A stretch of 64,000 bases of DNA from Squalus acanthias. Taxonomy: Eukaryota. Below, one piece after another: positions 35,887-48,800 of the stretch. The notes beneath the pieces were generated by a model. The model was not told the origin of the DNA. It ran no database searches and saw only the letters and a list, made by a program, of their open reading frames with translations. The stretch lies in contig JASTWF010000034.1 in NCBI GenBank assembly GCA_030390025.1, positions 1,054,001-1,118,000 of the forward strand, written 5' to 3'. Made by a program: the position numbers and the translations under genes. Position 1 is the first letter of the stretch. Every line of letters begins with the position of its first letter.

Positions 35887-38800
35887 AACATAGAACATAG
35901 AACAGTACAGCACAGTACAGGCCCTTCGGCCCTCGATGTTGTGCCGAGCATTGTCCGAAACCAAGATCAAGCTATCCCACTCCCTATCATTCTGGTGTGC
36001 TCCATGTGCTTATCCAATAACCGCTTGAAAGTTCTTAAAGTGTCCGACTCCACTATCACAGCAGGCAGTCCATTCCATACCCCAACGACTCTCTGAGTAA
36101 AGAATCTATCTCGGACATCCCTTCTATATCTCCCCCCATGCACCTTATAGTTATGCCCCCTTGTAACAGCTAGCTCCACCCGAGGAAATAGTCTCTGAAC
36201 ATCTACTCTATCTATCCCCCTCATCATCTTATAAACCTCTATTAAGTCGCCTCTCATCCTCCTCCGCTCTAAAGAGAAAAGCCCTAACTCCCTCAATCTT
36301 TCCTCATAAGACCTCCCCCCCAAACCAGGCAGCATCCTGGCAAATCTCCTTTGCACTCTTTCCAATGCATCCACGTCCTTCCTACAGTGAGGTGACCAGA
36401 ACTGCACACAATATTCCAAATGTGGTCTCACCAAGGTCCTGTACAGTTGTAGCATAACCTCACGGTTCTTAAACTCAAACCCCTTGTTAATAAACGCTAA
36501 CACACTATAGGCCTTCTTTACTGCTCTATCCACTTGAGTGGCAACCTTCAGAGATCTGTGGATATGAACCCCCAGATCCCTCTGTTCCTCCACGTTCCTC
36601 AGAACCCTGCCGTTGACCCTGTAATCCTTATTCAAATTTGCCCTACCAAAATGAATCACCTCGCACTTATCAGGGTTAAATTCCATCTGCCATTTTTCGG
36701 CCCAGCTCTGCATCCTATCAATGTCTCTTTGCAGCCTACAACAGCCCTCCACCTCATCCACTATTCCATCAATCTGGGTGTCATCAGCAAATTTACTGAT
36801 CCACCCTTCAGTTCTCTCCTCCAAGTCATTGATAAAAATCGCAAACAGCAGAGGACCCAGCACCGACCCCTGTGGCACACCGCTGGTAACTGGTCTCCAG
36901 TCCGAAAAATTTCCATCCACCACCACCCTCTGCCTTCTATGAGATAGCCAGTTACTTATCCAATCGGCCAAATTTCCCTCTATCCCACAACTCCTTACTT
37001 TCTTCATGAGCCGACCATGGGGAACCTTATCAAACGCCTTACTAAAATCCATGTATACGACATCAACTGCTCTACCTTCATCTACACACTTAGTTACCTC
37101 CTCAAAGAATTCAATCAAATTTGTTAGGCAAGACTTACCCTTCACGAAACCGTGTAGACTATCCCTGATTAAGTTGCCTCTTTCCAAATGGTCATAAATC
37201 CTATCCCTCGGGACCTTTTCCATTATCTTACCAACCACCGAAGAAAGACTAATCGGCCTATAATTACCAGGGTCATTCCTATTTCCTTTCTTGAAGAGAG
37301 GAACAACATTCGCCACTCTCCAGTCCTCTGGCACCATCCCCGTGGAGAGTGAGGACCCAAAGATCGAAGCCAAAGGCTCTGCAATCTCCTCCCTTGCCTC
37401 CCAAAGAATCCTAGGATATATCCCATCTGGCCCAGGGGACTTATCGACCCTCAGGTTCTTCAAAATTGCTAAAACATCTTCTCTCAGAACATCTACCTCC
37501 TCCAGCCTATATCTTTTATCACACTCTCATCCTCAAAAACATGGCCCCTCTCCTCGGTGAACACTGACGAAAAGTATTCATTCATCACCTCTCCTATCTC
37601 TTCTGACTCCATGCACAAGTTCCCACTATTGTCCTTGACCGGCCCTACCCTCACCCTGGTCATTCTTTTATTTTTCACATAAGAGTAAAAGGCCTTGGGG
37701 TTTTTCTTGATCCGACCCGCCAAGGACTTCTCATGCTCCCCTCCTAGCTCTCCTAAGCTCTTTTTTTAGCTCATTTCTTGCTACCTTGTACCCCTCAATC
37801 GACCCAACTGAACCTTGTTTTCTCATCCTTACATACGCTTCCTTTTTCCTCTTGACTAGACATTCAACCTCTTTTGTGAACCATGGTTCTCTCACTCGGC
37901 CATTTCCTCCCTGCCTGACAGGGACATACCTATCAAGGACACGCAGTAATTGCTCCATGAAAAAGCTCCACTTTTCGTTTGTGCCTTTCCCTGATAGTTT
38001 CTGTTCCCATCTTATACTCCCTAATTCTTGCCTAATCGCATCATAATTACCCCTCCCCCAATTATAAACCCTGCCCTGCCGTATGGCCCTATCCCTCTCC
38101 ATTGCAATAGTGAAAGTCACCGAATTGTGGTCCCTATCTCCAAAGTGCTCTCCCACAAACAAATCAAACACTTGGCCCGGTTCATTACCCAGTACCAAAT
38201 CCAATGTGGCCCCACCTCTTGTCGGCCTATCCACATATTGTGTCAGGAAACCCTCCTGCACACACTGTGCAAAAACTATCCCGTCCGAACTGTTTGACCT
38301 ATAAAGGTTCCAATCAATATTTGGAAAGTTGAAGTCACCCATGACAACTACTCTGTCACCTCCACACCTATTCATAATCTGCTTTGCAATTTCTTCCTCC
38401 ACATCTCTATTACTATTTGGGGGCCTGTAGAAAACTCCTAACAACGTGACCGCTCCTTTCCTATTTCTAACTTCAGCCCATATTACCTCAGACGGCAGAT
38501 ACCCTCGAACTGCCTTTCTGCCGCTGTTAAACTATCCTTGATTAACAATGCTACTCCTCCACCTTTCTTATCACCTTCCCTACTCTTACTGAAACATCTA
38601 TACCCCGGAACTTCCAACAACCATTCCTGTCCCTGTTCTAACCATGTCTCCGTAATGGCCACCACATCGTAGTCCCAAGTACCAATCCACGCTCCAAGTT
38701 CTCCTACCTTATTCCGGATGCTCCTTGCATTGAAGTAGACACACTTCAAGCCATCTTCCTGTCTGCCGGTACATTCCTGCGACCTTGATACCCTCCTCAG

Positions 38801-40030
38801 TACCTCCCTACACTCACCACTGGCTCCTGGACTACAGCCCTTTTTCCCATCCCCCTGACAAATTAGTGTAAACCCCCCCGAAGAGCCGTCGCAAATTTCC
38901 CTCCCAGGATATTGGTGCCCCTCTGGTTCAGGTGCAAACCGTCCTGTTTGTACAGGTCCCACCTTCCCCAGAATGTGCTCCAATTATCCACATAACTGAA
39001 ACCCTCCCCGCTACACCATCCCTGCAGCCACGTATTTATCTGCACTCTCTCCCTGTTCCTCAACTCGCTAGCACGTGGCACCGGCAACAAACCAGAAATT
39101 ACAACATGGTTTGTACTGGCTCTCAGCTTCCAACCTAGCTCCCTAAATTCCTGTTTTAAATCCCCGTCCCTTCTCCTACCTATGTCATTGGTACCGTTGT
39201 GTACCACGACTTGTGATTGTTCCCCCTCCCCCTTGAGGATTCTGAAAACACGGTCCGAGACGTCACGGACCCTGGCACCCAGGAGGCAACATACCATCCG
39301 TGCGTCTCTTTTGCTGCCACAGAACCTCCTATCTGTCCCTCTGACTATTGAGTCCCCAATAACTATTGCTCTCCTGCTCTCCCCCCTTCCCTTCTGAGCC
39401 ACAGGGACGGACCCAGCGCCGGAGATCCGGTCACCGTGGCTTACCACTGGTAGGTCGTCCCCCTCAACAGTATCCAAAGCGGTATACCTGTTACTGAGGG
39501 GAACGACCACAGAGGATCCCTGTACTGACTGCTTCCTCCTAGCCCCTCTCACCGTCACCCATATATCTTCATTCTTTGGAGTAATTACATCCCTGAAGCT
39601 TCTATCTATGACCTCCTCTGCCTCCGGAATGATCCGAAGTTCATCCAGCTCCAGCTCCAGTTCCCTAACACGGTTTTCGAGGAGCTGGAGATGGGTGCAC
39701 TTCCCACAGGTGTAATCAGCAGGGATACCGACGGCGTCCCTTACCTCAAACATTCTGCAGGAGGAACATTTCACTGCCTCCCCTGCCATCCCCTCTAGCT
39801 AACTTGCGGATTAAACTAGAACAAGAAAGAGCTTACCGGATATTCACTCACCCCCTTTAGGTTAGAGGAGGTGGAAGGGTGGGGGACACTACAAGTGTAG
39901 TGTCTCGGGTTTAGGAACCGCCCAACTTATATATAGGTAAAAATTAATCACCTACCCAGCAACCACTGCGTCCCGCACTTTCAAAGCACTCAACAGGTCC
40001 GCGTCCGCCGCTGCTCCCGCTGCTGCTCAC
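35887..40030 (-). mobile_element. Apparently full-length CR1 (third subfamily); ORF1 open, ORF2 frameshifted
   Basis: ORF2 pieces 38483-38983, 37731-38444, 37493-37723 and 35967-37463; (TTCTATG)n tail; GC-rich 5' end. Confidence 0.95.
38863..39789 (-). CDS. CR1 ORF1p (zinc finger/coiled coil + SGNH esterase)
   Basis: 308 aa; CSSC..CGKC, heptad LLENRVRELELELDEL, GDSIVRG, GTND, DGLHL. Confidence 0.88.
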   Translation of the reverse strand: MAGEAVKCSSCRMFEVRDAVGIPADYTCGKCTHLQLLENRVRELELELDELRIIPEAEEVIDRSFRDVITPKNEDIWVTVRGARRKQSVQGSSVVVPLSNRYTALDTVEGDDLPVVSHGDRISGAGSVPVAQKGRGESRRAIVIGDSIVRGTDRRFCGSKRDARMVCCLLGARVRDVSDRVFRILKGEGEQSQVVVHNGTNDIGRRRDGDLKQEFRELGWKLRASTNHVVISGLLPVPRASELRNRERVQINTWLQGWCSGEGFSYVDNWSTFWGRWDLYKQDGLHLNQRGTNILGGKFATALRGGLH

Positions 40031-41434
40031 ATAACCCACATAATACCGTACTATTTCATGCTCTACTGCTATCTGTCTCTCCCTATCTTTTGTGCACCTT
40101 ATTTTTCCTTTCTAATGTCACATCCTGGTGCCCATCCCCCTGGCAGATTAGTTTAAACGCTCCCCAACAGCACGAGCAAACAGCCCCGCCCGCATCTCGG
40201 GAGTATATTGGTTCCGGCTCTGTTGAGGTGCAACCCGACCGGCCTTTTCAGGTCCCACCTCCCCCAGAACCGACCCCAATGTCCCAGGAATCTAAAGCCC
40301 TCCCTCCTGCACCATATCTCCAGCCACACATTTAATTGCTCTGTCCTCCTATTTCTGTATTCACTAGCTCGTAGCACCAGGAGTAATCTGGAGATTACTA
40401 CCTTCGAGGTCCTGCTTTATAATCTCTTTCCTAGCTCCCTATTATCTGCCTACAGGATCACATCCCACTCTCTACCTATGTCGATGATGCCAATATGGAC
40501 CACGACCTCAGTCTGTTCACCATCACCCCTCAGAATGTCCTGCAGCCACTCAGTGACATCCTTGACCCTGGCACCAGGGAGGCAACATATCATTCTGGAG
40601 TTACATTTGTTGCTGGAGAAACACCTGTCTGTTCCTTTAACTATCGAATCTCCTATCACTATTGCTTTCTCGACCTTCCTGCCACCACCCTACAGCTCAG
40701 CCACCAGTGTTGCCATGGACTTGGCTCTGGCTGTAATCCCCAGCGTACCCATCGAATACTGGTTCGAGAGTGAGATGCACTCATGGGGCTCCTGCACTAA
40801 ATGCATGGTTCTCCTTGTCTGTCTGACGGTCTCACATTCCCTCTCTGCCTGCACACTCTTATGCTTCTGGTGACCACCTCCTGAAACGTGCTATCCACGG
40901 AGCTCTCAGCTGCACGGATGCACCGCAGTGACGCCAGCTGCTGCTCAATCTCCGAAACCCGTGGTAAGTGTCCTGGAGTTCCCACATGACACAAGATGTG
41001 CATTCCACGGCACTGAGGTGCCCTGCCAAGCCTCTATTTAATAGACTACCAACTAACTTAACGGAATTAAACTCAAGACTTCAAAAAAATCACAATCAAC
41101 ATACTATTTTTCTTTGCAGCGTCTTCTCTTCTGCTGATGTCACTTACCGAACTCCCTTCCACTCGCTCCCAGCTCCGGGTTCTCTGGCCTACCTTTATCT
41201 CCGGCCTCTCCTCTCGCTCTCTCCTCCTTCCCCCACTGCTCCTAATTCCCAAGCTTTCCAAATTCACAACCTTAGCACTCTGTTTAGACCACTGACAAAA
41301 TGGATTTCCCCACACTAGATCTTTGATTTATTCCATACCAGGCCATCAGGATTAAAGAAATAACAAATAAATGGTCTTAAATGGCGGGATCTGAGAGAAT
41401 ATCCCAGTGATGGAACGATGGGACTCGACTAGAA

Positions 41435-41549
41435 TACACTGCTCCCACCTCAGTCCAAGACTTTCATTCCCAGGGCTGCCTAGATTACATTGCTCCACCT
41501 CAATCCAGGAATTTCATTCCCAGGGCTGCCTGGATTACATTGCTCCCAA
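41435..41549. repeat. 51-bp minisatellite, ~2 copies (inverse of 63354-63905)
   Basis: TTTCATTCCCAGGGCTGCCT(A/G)GATTACATTGCTCC occurs twice. Confidence 0.8.
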
Positions 41550-41614
41550 TTAGATAAATACGCTGTAACCACCTCAACACTCCAGGAAACTCTCTGGAAA
41601 TGTTAAATTCTCGC

Positions 41615-42250
41615 ATAATCATACTCACAGAACCATACCTGTCAGTCAACATTCTCAAACACTCCATCACCATTCCAGGGTCTGCACAGACCCACCAGAG
41701 GTGGGGACACAGGGGTATACAATCCGGAGGGAGAAACACTGAGTCCTCAACATATTCTGAGGATATGATGAAGTCTGATGGCTTCCAGTCAGACATGGGA
41801 AGGTAACTTCCTGCTGATTACCACCTACCGCCCTCCCTCAGCTGTTGAATCGACACATCTTCATGCTGAACACCAGTTGATGGGAGCACCGAGAGCAGAA
41901 AGGGCGCAAATTATACACTGGTTCGGGAGGGGGAAACTTCAATGTTCATCACCAATCGTGCCTGGGAAGTACCATCATTCACCGAGCCCTGAAGAACATA
42001 ACTGCCAGACTGGGATTGCGGCAGGTCGTGGGAGACCCAAGATGAGAGAATAGCCTGCTTGACCTCGTCCTCACCAATCTATCTATCGCATATGCATCTG
42101 TCCATGACGATATTGGTAGGACTGACCACCGCTCAATGTGTGTGGAGAATAACTCTCGCCTTCACCCTGAGGACACCCTCCATCATATCATGTGCATCTA
42201 CCATGGTGATCAATGGAATGAAATTAGACAGAGCCAAGCGATCCCAACAC
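41615..42250 (+). mobile_element. Highly decayed LINE endonuclease region
   Basis: IILTEPYL, LLITTYRPPSA, LDLVLTN and TDH remnants; inverted paralog at ~62665-63135. Confidence 0.7.
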
Positions 42251-42384
42251 ATCAAATTATTTCAAAGCTTTCATATCCTGTTGTGAATGGTGATGAACAA
42301 TTGAGCCGTTTCCCCAGAGCCCATAAAATTTATCCTTTTCAAGTTTGCATCCAATTACCTTTTGGAAATTACAGTTAAGAAAGG

Positions 42385-42892
42385 AAGAAAGAATTGAATT
42401 GATACGGCGCTTTTCACAATCTTGGGATGTGCTTTCAAGCCAATGACGTCCTTCCTTTTGAAGTGAAGTCACTGTTGTACTGTCGGAAACGTGGCAGCCA
42501 ATTTGAGCACAGCAAGCTCCAACAAACAGCAATGTGATAATGACCAGATAATCTGCTTTAATGATGTTGATTGAGATAAATATTAGCCAGAACACCGGGG
42601 TTAACCCTGCTGCTCTTCTTCAATATAATTCCATGGGATCTTTTACGTCCAACTTATAGAACAGACAGGTTTAACGTCTCATCTGAGACATGGCACCGCT
42701 CACAGTGATGCGCTCCCTCAGTACTGCCCCTCTGACAGTGATACGCTCCCTCAGTCCTGCCCCTCTGACAGTGATGCGCTCCCTCAGTACTGCCCCGCTG
42801 ACAGAGATGCACTCTCTCAGTACTGCCCCTCTGACAGTGATGCGCTCCCTCAGTACTACCCCTCCAACAATGCAGCACTCCCTCAGTACTGG
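42385..42892 (-). mobile_element. Deu-domain SINE lacking its tRNA head, with ~6 tandem 33-bp copies
   Basis: Reverse complement aligns with 31085-31440; unit CAGTACTGAGGGAGCGCATCACTGTCAGAGGGG. Confidence 0.85.
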
Positions 42893-45800
42893 CTTGAGTG
42901 CAGTTTGTCATGGAGTGCAGTTTGGAACCTAGTGTTAAGCTGCGAGTTTGGTGTGTGAGGGAGTTCATGGAGGAATGTGTCCCTTTCTTTTTCTGTCTTT
43001 GTCAGCTTCCAAGACCTGGTGAATATTTCTACAGTCCAGTCGTTAAACTAAAAGTAAGGTCTCGAGTTTAGAGCAAGTAGTGCTTAAAGGGAAGTAAGGT
43101 CCCTAGTGTATTTAATATTCTTTAATTTAAAGGGAGTAAATTATTGGTAGGACATGACAGGGCAGCTCGGCAGCGTGGAGTGCTCCTCCTGTGCTATGTT
43201 GTAAGTCAGGGACACTTTAGGTGTCCAGGGCGGACACATGTGCAGGAAGTGTCTCCAGCTGCAGCTACGCGAAATCCGCGTTTCGGAGCTGGAGCTGCGA
43301 CTGGAGTCACTGTGGAGCATCCGCGAAGCTGAGATCTTCGTGGATAGAACATTTAACGAGGTGGTCACACCGCATGTAAAGAGTGCACAGGCAGATAGGA
43401 AATAGATGACCCCCAGACAGTGTAAAAGAACAAGGAAGGCAGTGCAGGAGTCCCCTGGGTCCATCTCCCTCTCCAACAGATTTTTCGTTTTGGATACTGA
43501 TGGGGGAGATGGTTTCTCAGGGGAATGCAGCAAGAGCCAAGTCCATGGCACTACGAATGGCTCAGCTGTACAGGAGGGGGGTGTGTAAAGAGTGGGAGAG
43601 CAATAGTGATAGGGGATTCTACGTAAGGGGAACAGATAAATGTTTCTGTGGCCTCAGACGTGACTCCAGGATGGTATGTTGCCTCCCTGGTGCCAGGGTG
43701 AAGGAGCTCACTGAACGGCTGCAGGGTATTCTGAAGGGAGAGGGCGAACTGTCAGAGGTCGTAATCCACATTGGTACCAACGACATGGGTAGAAAGAGGG
43801 ATGAGGTCCTGCAACAAGAATTTAGGGAGCTAGGTAGCAGATTAAAAAGCAGGACCTCAAAGGTTGTAATCTCTGTATTACTCCCGGTGCCACTTGCTGG
43901 TGAGTACAGGAATAGGAGGCTAGAGTATATGAATGCGTGGCTAAAGAGTTGGTGCAGCAGGGAGGGCTTTAGTTTCCTGGATCACTGGGTCTGCTTCTGG
44001 GGAAGGTGGGACCTGTACAAGTCGGACGGGATGCACCTGAACCGGAACGGGACCAACATCCTTGCGGGGAGATTTGCTAGTACTGTTGAGGGGGTGGGGG
44101 GGGCGGGGGTAATCTAACTTGGCAGAGGGATGGGATACAGAGTGGAGCTGTCGTAGGGGGTGATGCACAGCCAAATATAGAGGAAAAAACAATTCAGCCT
44201 GGAAGTCAGAGCAAATATGTAACGGCACAAGGCTGTATGGCATGGCTGGTGGCATTTATTTTAATTCAAGGAGTCTTGCGAGTAAGGCAGATGAATTGAA
44301 GGTGTTGATGAAAACATGGGAGTATGATATTGTTGCTATCACAGAGACATGGTTGAGGGAGGGGCAGGACTGGCAGCTCAATATTCCGGGATATAGATTC
44401 TTCAGGCGAGGCAGAGGTGGGTGTAAAAGCGGAGGTGGTGTCGCAATATTAATCAAGGTGTTAATTACTGCTTTAAGGAGGGATGATATCTTAGCAGGAT
44501 CCTCTAAGGAGGCCATATCGGTAGAACTTAAAAACAAAAAGTGGGCAAGCTCTTTGCTGGGAGTGTACTGTTGGGCCGCAAACAGTCAGTGGGAGATAGA
44601 GGAACAGATATGTCAGCAAATCTCACAGAAGTGTCGAAATAATAGTGTAATAATAGCAGGGGATTTCAACTTGCCCAATATTAAATGAGATAGTCAGAGT
44701 GTGAAAGGCTTAGAGGATGCGGAATTCTTAATGTGGATCCAGGAGAGCTTTTTGAGCCAGCATGTAGAATGTCCTACCAGACAGGGGTCGGTTCTGAACC
44801 TAATTCTAGGGAAGGTAGCTGGGCAACTGGTGGAAGTGTCATAAGGAGAGCATTTTGGTGACAGTGACCATAATTCGTTGAGATTCAAGGTAGTCATGGA
44901 AAAGGACACAAATGGACCGGAAGTAAAGGTTCTAAATTGGGGGAAGGCCGATTTTAATATGATACGGCAGGTTCCGGCCAAAGTGGACTGGGATCAGCTA
45001 CTTGTTGGAAAATCCACATCAGAGCAGTGGGAGTCTTTCACAAAGTAAATAGAGTATAACGCCAACATGTTCCCGTAAAGGTCAAGGGTGGGACCAACAA
45101 GCCCAGGCAACCCTGGATGTCAAGTGATATATAAGAATGGATTCGGAAAAAAGAGAGGTTTTTGGCAGATACCAAGGAGTAAAAGCAGTGGAAGCCCGAG
45201 TGGAGTTTAGGAAGTGCACGGGGGTACTTAAAAAGAAATTAGGAAAGTGAAGAGGGGGTATGAAAAAAAAAACTGGCGGGTAAAAGAAAGGAAAATCCCA
45301 AGCTGTTTTATAAGTATATTAAGGGCAAGAGGATAACGAGGGAACGACTAGGGCCTATTACTAGATTGCAGTTTGTCACGGAGTGCAGATTGGAACAGAG
45401 TGTTAAGCTGCGAGTTTGGTGAGTGAGGGAGTAAATCTTAAAGATTAATCTCTTATTTTTTATAAATTCTAGTCTTGTGTGCTTGCAATTAGCATTTAAA
45501 TTTACTGTTTCAAGTTTTAAGTTTCTTCCAGGCTTGGGCAGGGCTAAGCAAGCTCTGTGCTGTAGAGCAGGTGAGAGTAATTAATTAATTAACTGGTCTA
45601 ATCTGGTTCTGCAACTGCCAGAGATCTCACTTATTTAAATCTCAGCAGCATAAAAAAGGGAGACTAGAGTGCAGTTTGTCACGGAGTGCAGATTGGAACA
45701 GAGTGTTAAACTGCGAGTTTGGTGAGTGAGGGAGTGAGGGGAGGGAGGTGTTCCTCACTTTTTCAATCTTTGTCAGCTTCCTGGTGCGGCGGTGGACCTG

Positions 45801-48800
45801 CATGAGGCGAGGTGGCGGCAGAGGGTTTAAAAGGCTCCAGAGACCAGGTAAGGCGGGACCAGTCTCCGAACTCGGAGGGAGGGAGGGAGAGAGGTAAAAA
45901 ATAATCGAGGTGTGACGTCACCAGAAAGCAGGTAAGTAATTGGTTGATGAGTATTTCTCTCTTTTTAAACTTAAACTCTGTGGTTTATAGTTTCTAAGGT
46001 GTGATATTCATCAGGCGGGGCAGAGAGTATTTAAAAACTATTAATACATTTAATTAATTACATAGAATGGGAGAACAGGTGATGTGTTACTGCTGCAATA
46101 TGTGGGAGCTGGTGGACACCATTGATGCTCACGGTGATCACATTTGCAGTAAGTGTTGGCTGCTCGACGAACTCCGGCTCCGTGTTGATGAGCTGGAGTC
46201 CGAGCTTCAAACACTGCGACACATCAGGGAGGGGGAGAGTTACCTGGACTCTGTGTTCCAGGAAGTAGTCACACCAATTAGATTAACTAATTCAGATGTC
46301 GTCCGGGGCCAGGGACAGGAGGGTGTGACTATGAGTGAGGCAGGTACGGGGATCCAGGAGCTAGTTTTGGAGGAGCCACACCCGTTGCTCTTTTCCAACA
46401 GGTTCGAGGCTCTTACTCCCTGAGAGGACGGGAGCAGGGACTGCAGGGAGGATGAGCAACCTGGCCACAGCACCGTGGAACGGGGGGGGCATTCAAGTGG
46501 GGGGAGTAAAAAGAAATGTTGTAGTGGTAGGGGATAGTACCATAAGGGGGATAGATAGGGTTCTTTGTAGCCGAGAGCAAGAGTCCCGAAGGTTGTGTTG
46601 CCTGCCCGGTGCCAGGTTTAAGGACATCTCCTCTGAGCTGGAGAGAAACTTGGAGTGGGAGGAAGAGGATCCAGTTGTCGTGGTCCATGTTGGTACCAAC
46701 GACATAGATAGGACAAGGAAAGAGGTTCTGCTGAGGGAGTATGAGCAGCTAGGGGCCAAATTAAATAGCAGAACCACAATGGTAATAATCTCTGGATTAC
46801 TACCTGAGCCACGAGCAAATTTGGCTAGCGTAAATAAAATCAGAGAGTTAAATGCGTGGCTCAAAGACTGGTGTGGGCTAAATGGGTTTTGCTTCTTGGG
46901 ACACTGGCACCAGTACTGGGACGGGAGAGAGCTCTCCCGTTGGGAGGGACTTCACTTGGCCAGTGTTGGGACTAGAATCCTGGCGAATCGAATAACTAGG
47001 GCTGTAGAGAGGGTTTTAAACTAATTAGTGGGGAGGAGGTTTCAAAAGGGCGAAGAATAAAAATGTCAGCGGAAGTTTCTAGGCAATAGAGCAAATTAGC
47101 AGTGGGAAAATTAAAAACCAGAGCGTGTCAGGAAGGGACGGAATATATAAAGATAAAGGTAAAGTAGTAAAGGGGGTAAAAGCAGGAATAAATTGTCACA
47201 AAACATGTTTAAAAATTCTTTATCTGAATGCACGCATCATTCGTAACAAAATAGACGAGTTGACGGTACAAAATAACTACACATGGGTATGATCTGGTGG
47301 CCATTACGGAAACATGGCTGCGAGGTGACCATGACTGGGAACTAAACATCCAGGGGTATTTGACGATTAGGAAGGACAGACAGGAAGGAAAGGGACGTGT
47401 TTGGCTATGTTAATAAAGGATGGAATCACTGGAATAGTGAGAAATGATATTGGGTCAAAGGATCAGGATAGTGAAACAGTTTGGGTGGAGATAAGGAATA
47501 ATAAGGGGAAAAGGTCACTAATGGGCGTAGTCTATAGGCCTCCTAATATTTGTAACTCTGTTGGTCGGAGTATAAATCAGGAAATAGTTGGGGCTTGTAA
47601 TAAGGGAACAGCTATAATCATGGGAGATTTTAACTTTCATATTGACTGGACAAATCAAATTTGGCAGGGCAGCCTTGAGGAAGAGTTCATAGTGTGCATT
47701 AGGGACGGGTTCCTTGAGCAGTATATTACTGAATCAACCAGGGGGCAGGCAATCTTAGATCTGGTCCTGTGCAATGAGACAGGATTAATACAAAATGTCC
47801 TCGTAAAGGATTCCCTTGGAATGAGTGACCATAACATGGTTGAATTCCAAATTCAGTTGGAGGGTGAGGGAGTTGGATCTCAAACCAGCGTACTAAGCTT
47901 AAATAAAGGAGATTATGAAGGTATGAGAGCAGAGTTGACTAAAGTGGACTGGAAAAATAGATTAAGGTGTAAGACGGTACAGGAGCAGTGGTGTACATTC
48001 AAGGAGGTATTTCACAAATATCAAGAAAAATATATTCCACTGAGGAAAGAGGGGCGTAAAAGAAAAGACAGCCATCCGTGGCTAAGTAAAGTAATACAGT
48101 TTGTATCCGACTGAAAACAAGAGCATATAAAGTTGCCAAATCTAGTGGTAGGATAGAAGATTGGGAAGCATTTAAAAGCCAGCAAAGAATAACTAAAAGA
48201 TTAATTAAGAAGGGGAAGATAGATTATGAAAGTAAACTAGCAAAAAATATAAAAACAGAGAGCAAGAGTTTCTACAGTTATATAAAAAGAAAAAGGGTGG
48301 CTAAAGTGAATGTTGGTCCCTTAGAGGACGAGACCGGGAAATTAGTAGTGGGGAACACGGAGATGGCAAATACGCTGAACAAATATTTTGTATCAGTCTT
48401 TACAGTCGAGGATACTAAAAATATCCCAACACTGGACAAACGAGCGGCTATAGGGGGGAGGAGCTAAACACGATTAAAATCACTAAGGATATGGTACTCG
48501 GTAAGATAATGGGACTGAAGGCGGATAAATCCCCTGGACCTGATGGCTTACATCCTAGGGTCTTGACAGAAGCAGCGGTAGGGATTGCGGATGCATTCGT
48601 GGTAATTTTCCAAAACTCCCTGGATTCGGGAAAGGTCCCGGCAGAGTGGAAAACTGCTAATTTAACGCCCTTATTTAAAAAGGGAGGTAGACAAAAGGCT
48701 GGAAACTATAGTCCAGTTAGCCTAACATCTGTGGTTGGTAAAATGTTGGAGTCCATTATTAAGGAAGCAGTAACAGGACATTTGGATAAGCATAATTTAA

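Larger units (their letters stand above)
31455..41300 (-). mobile_element. Old CR1 (outer element; pieces 31455-33771, 34591-35105, 35866-35886, 40031-~41300) hosting three nested insertions
   Basis: RT, EN and ORF1 remnants are colinear across the insertions (ORFs 31461-31829, 32241-32579, 34694-34897, 40153-40377, 40450-40659, 40797-41003). Confidence 0.85.
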
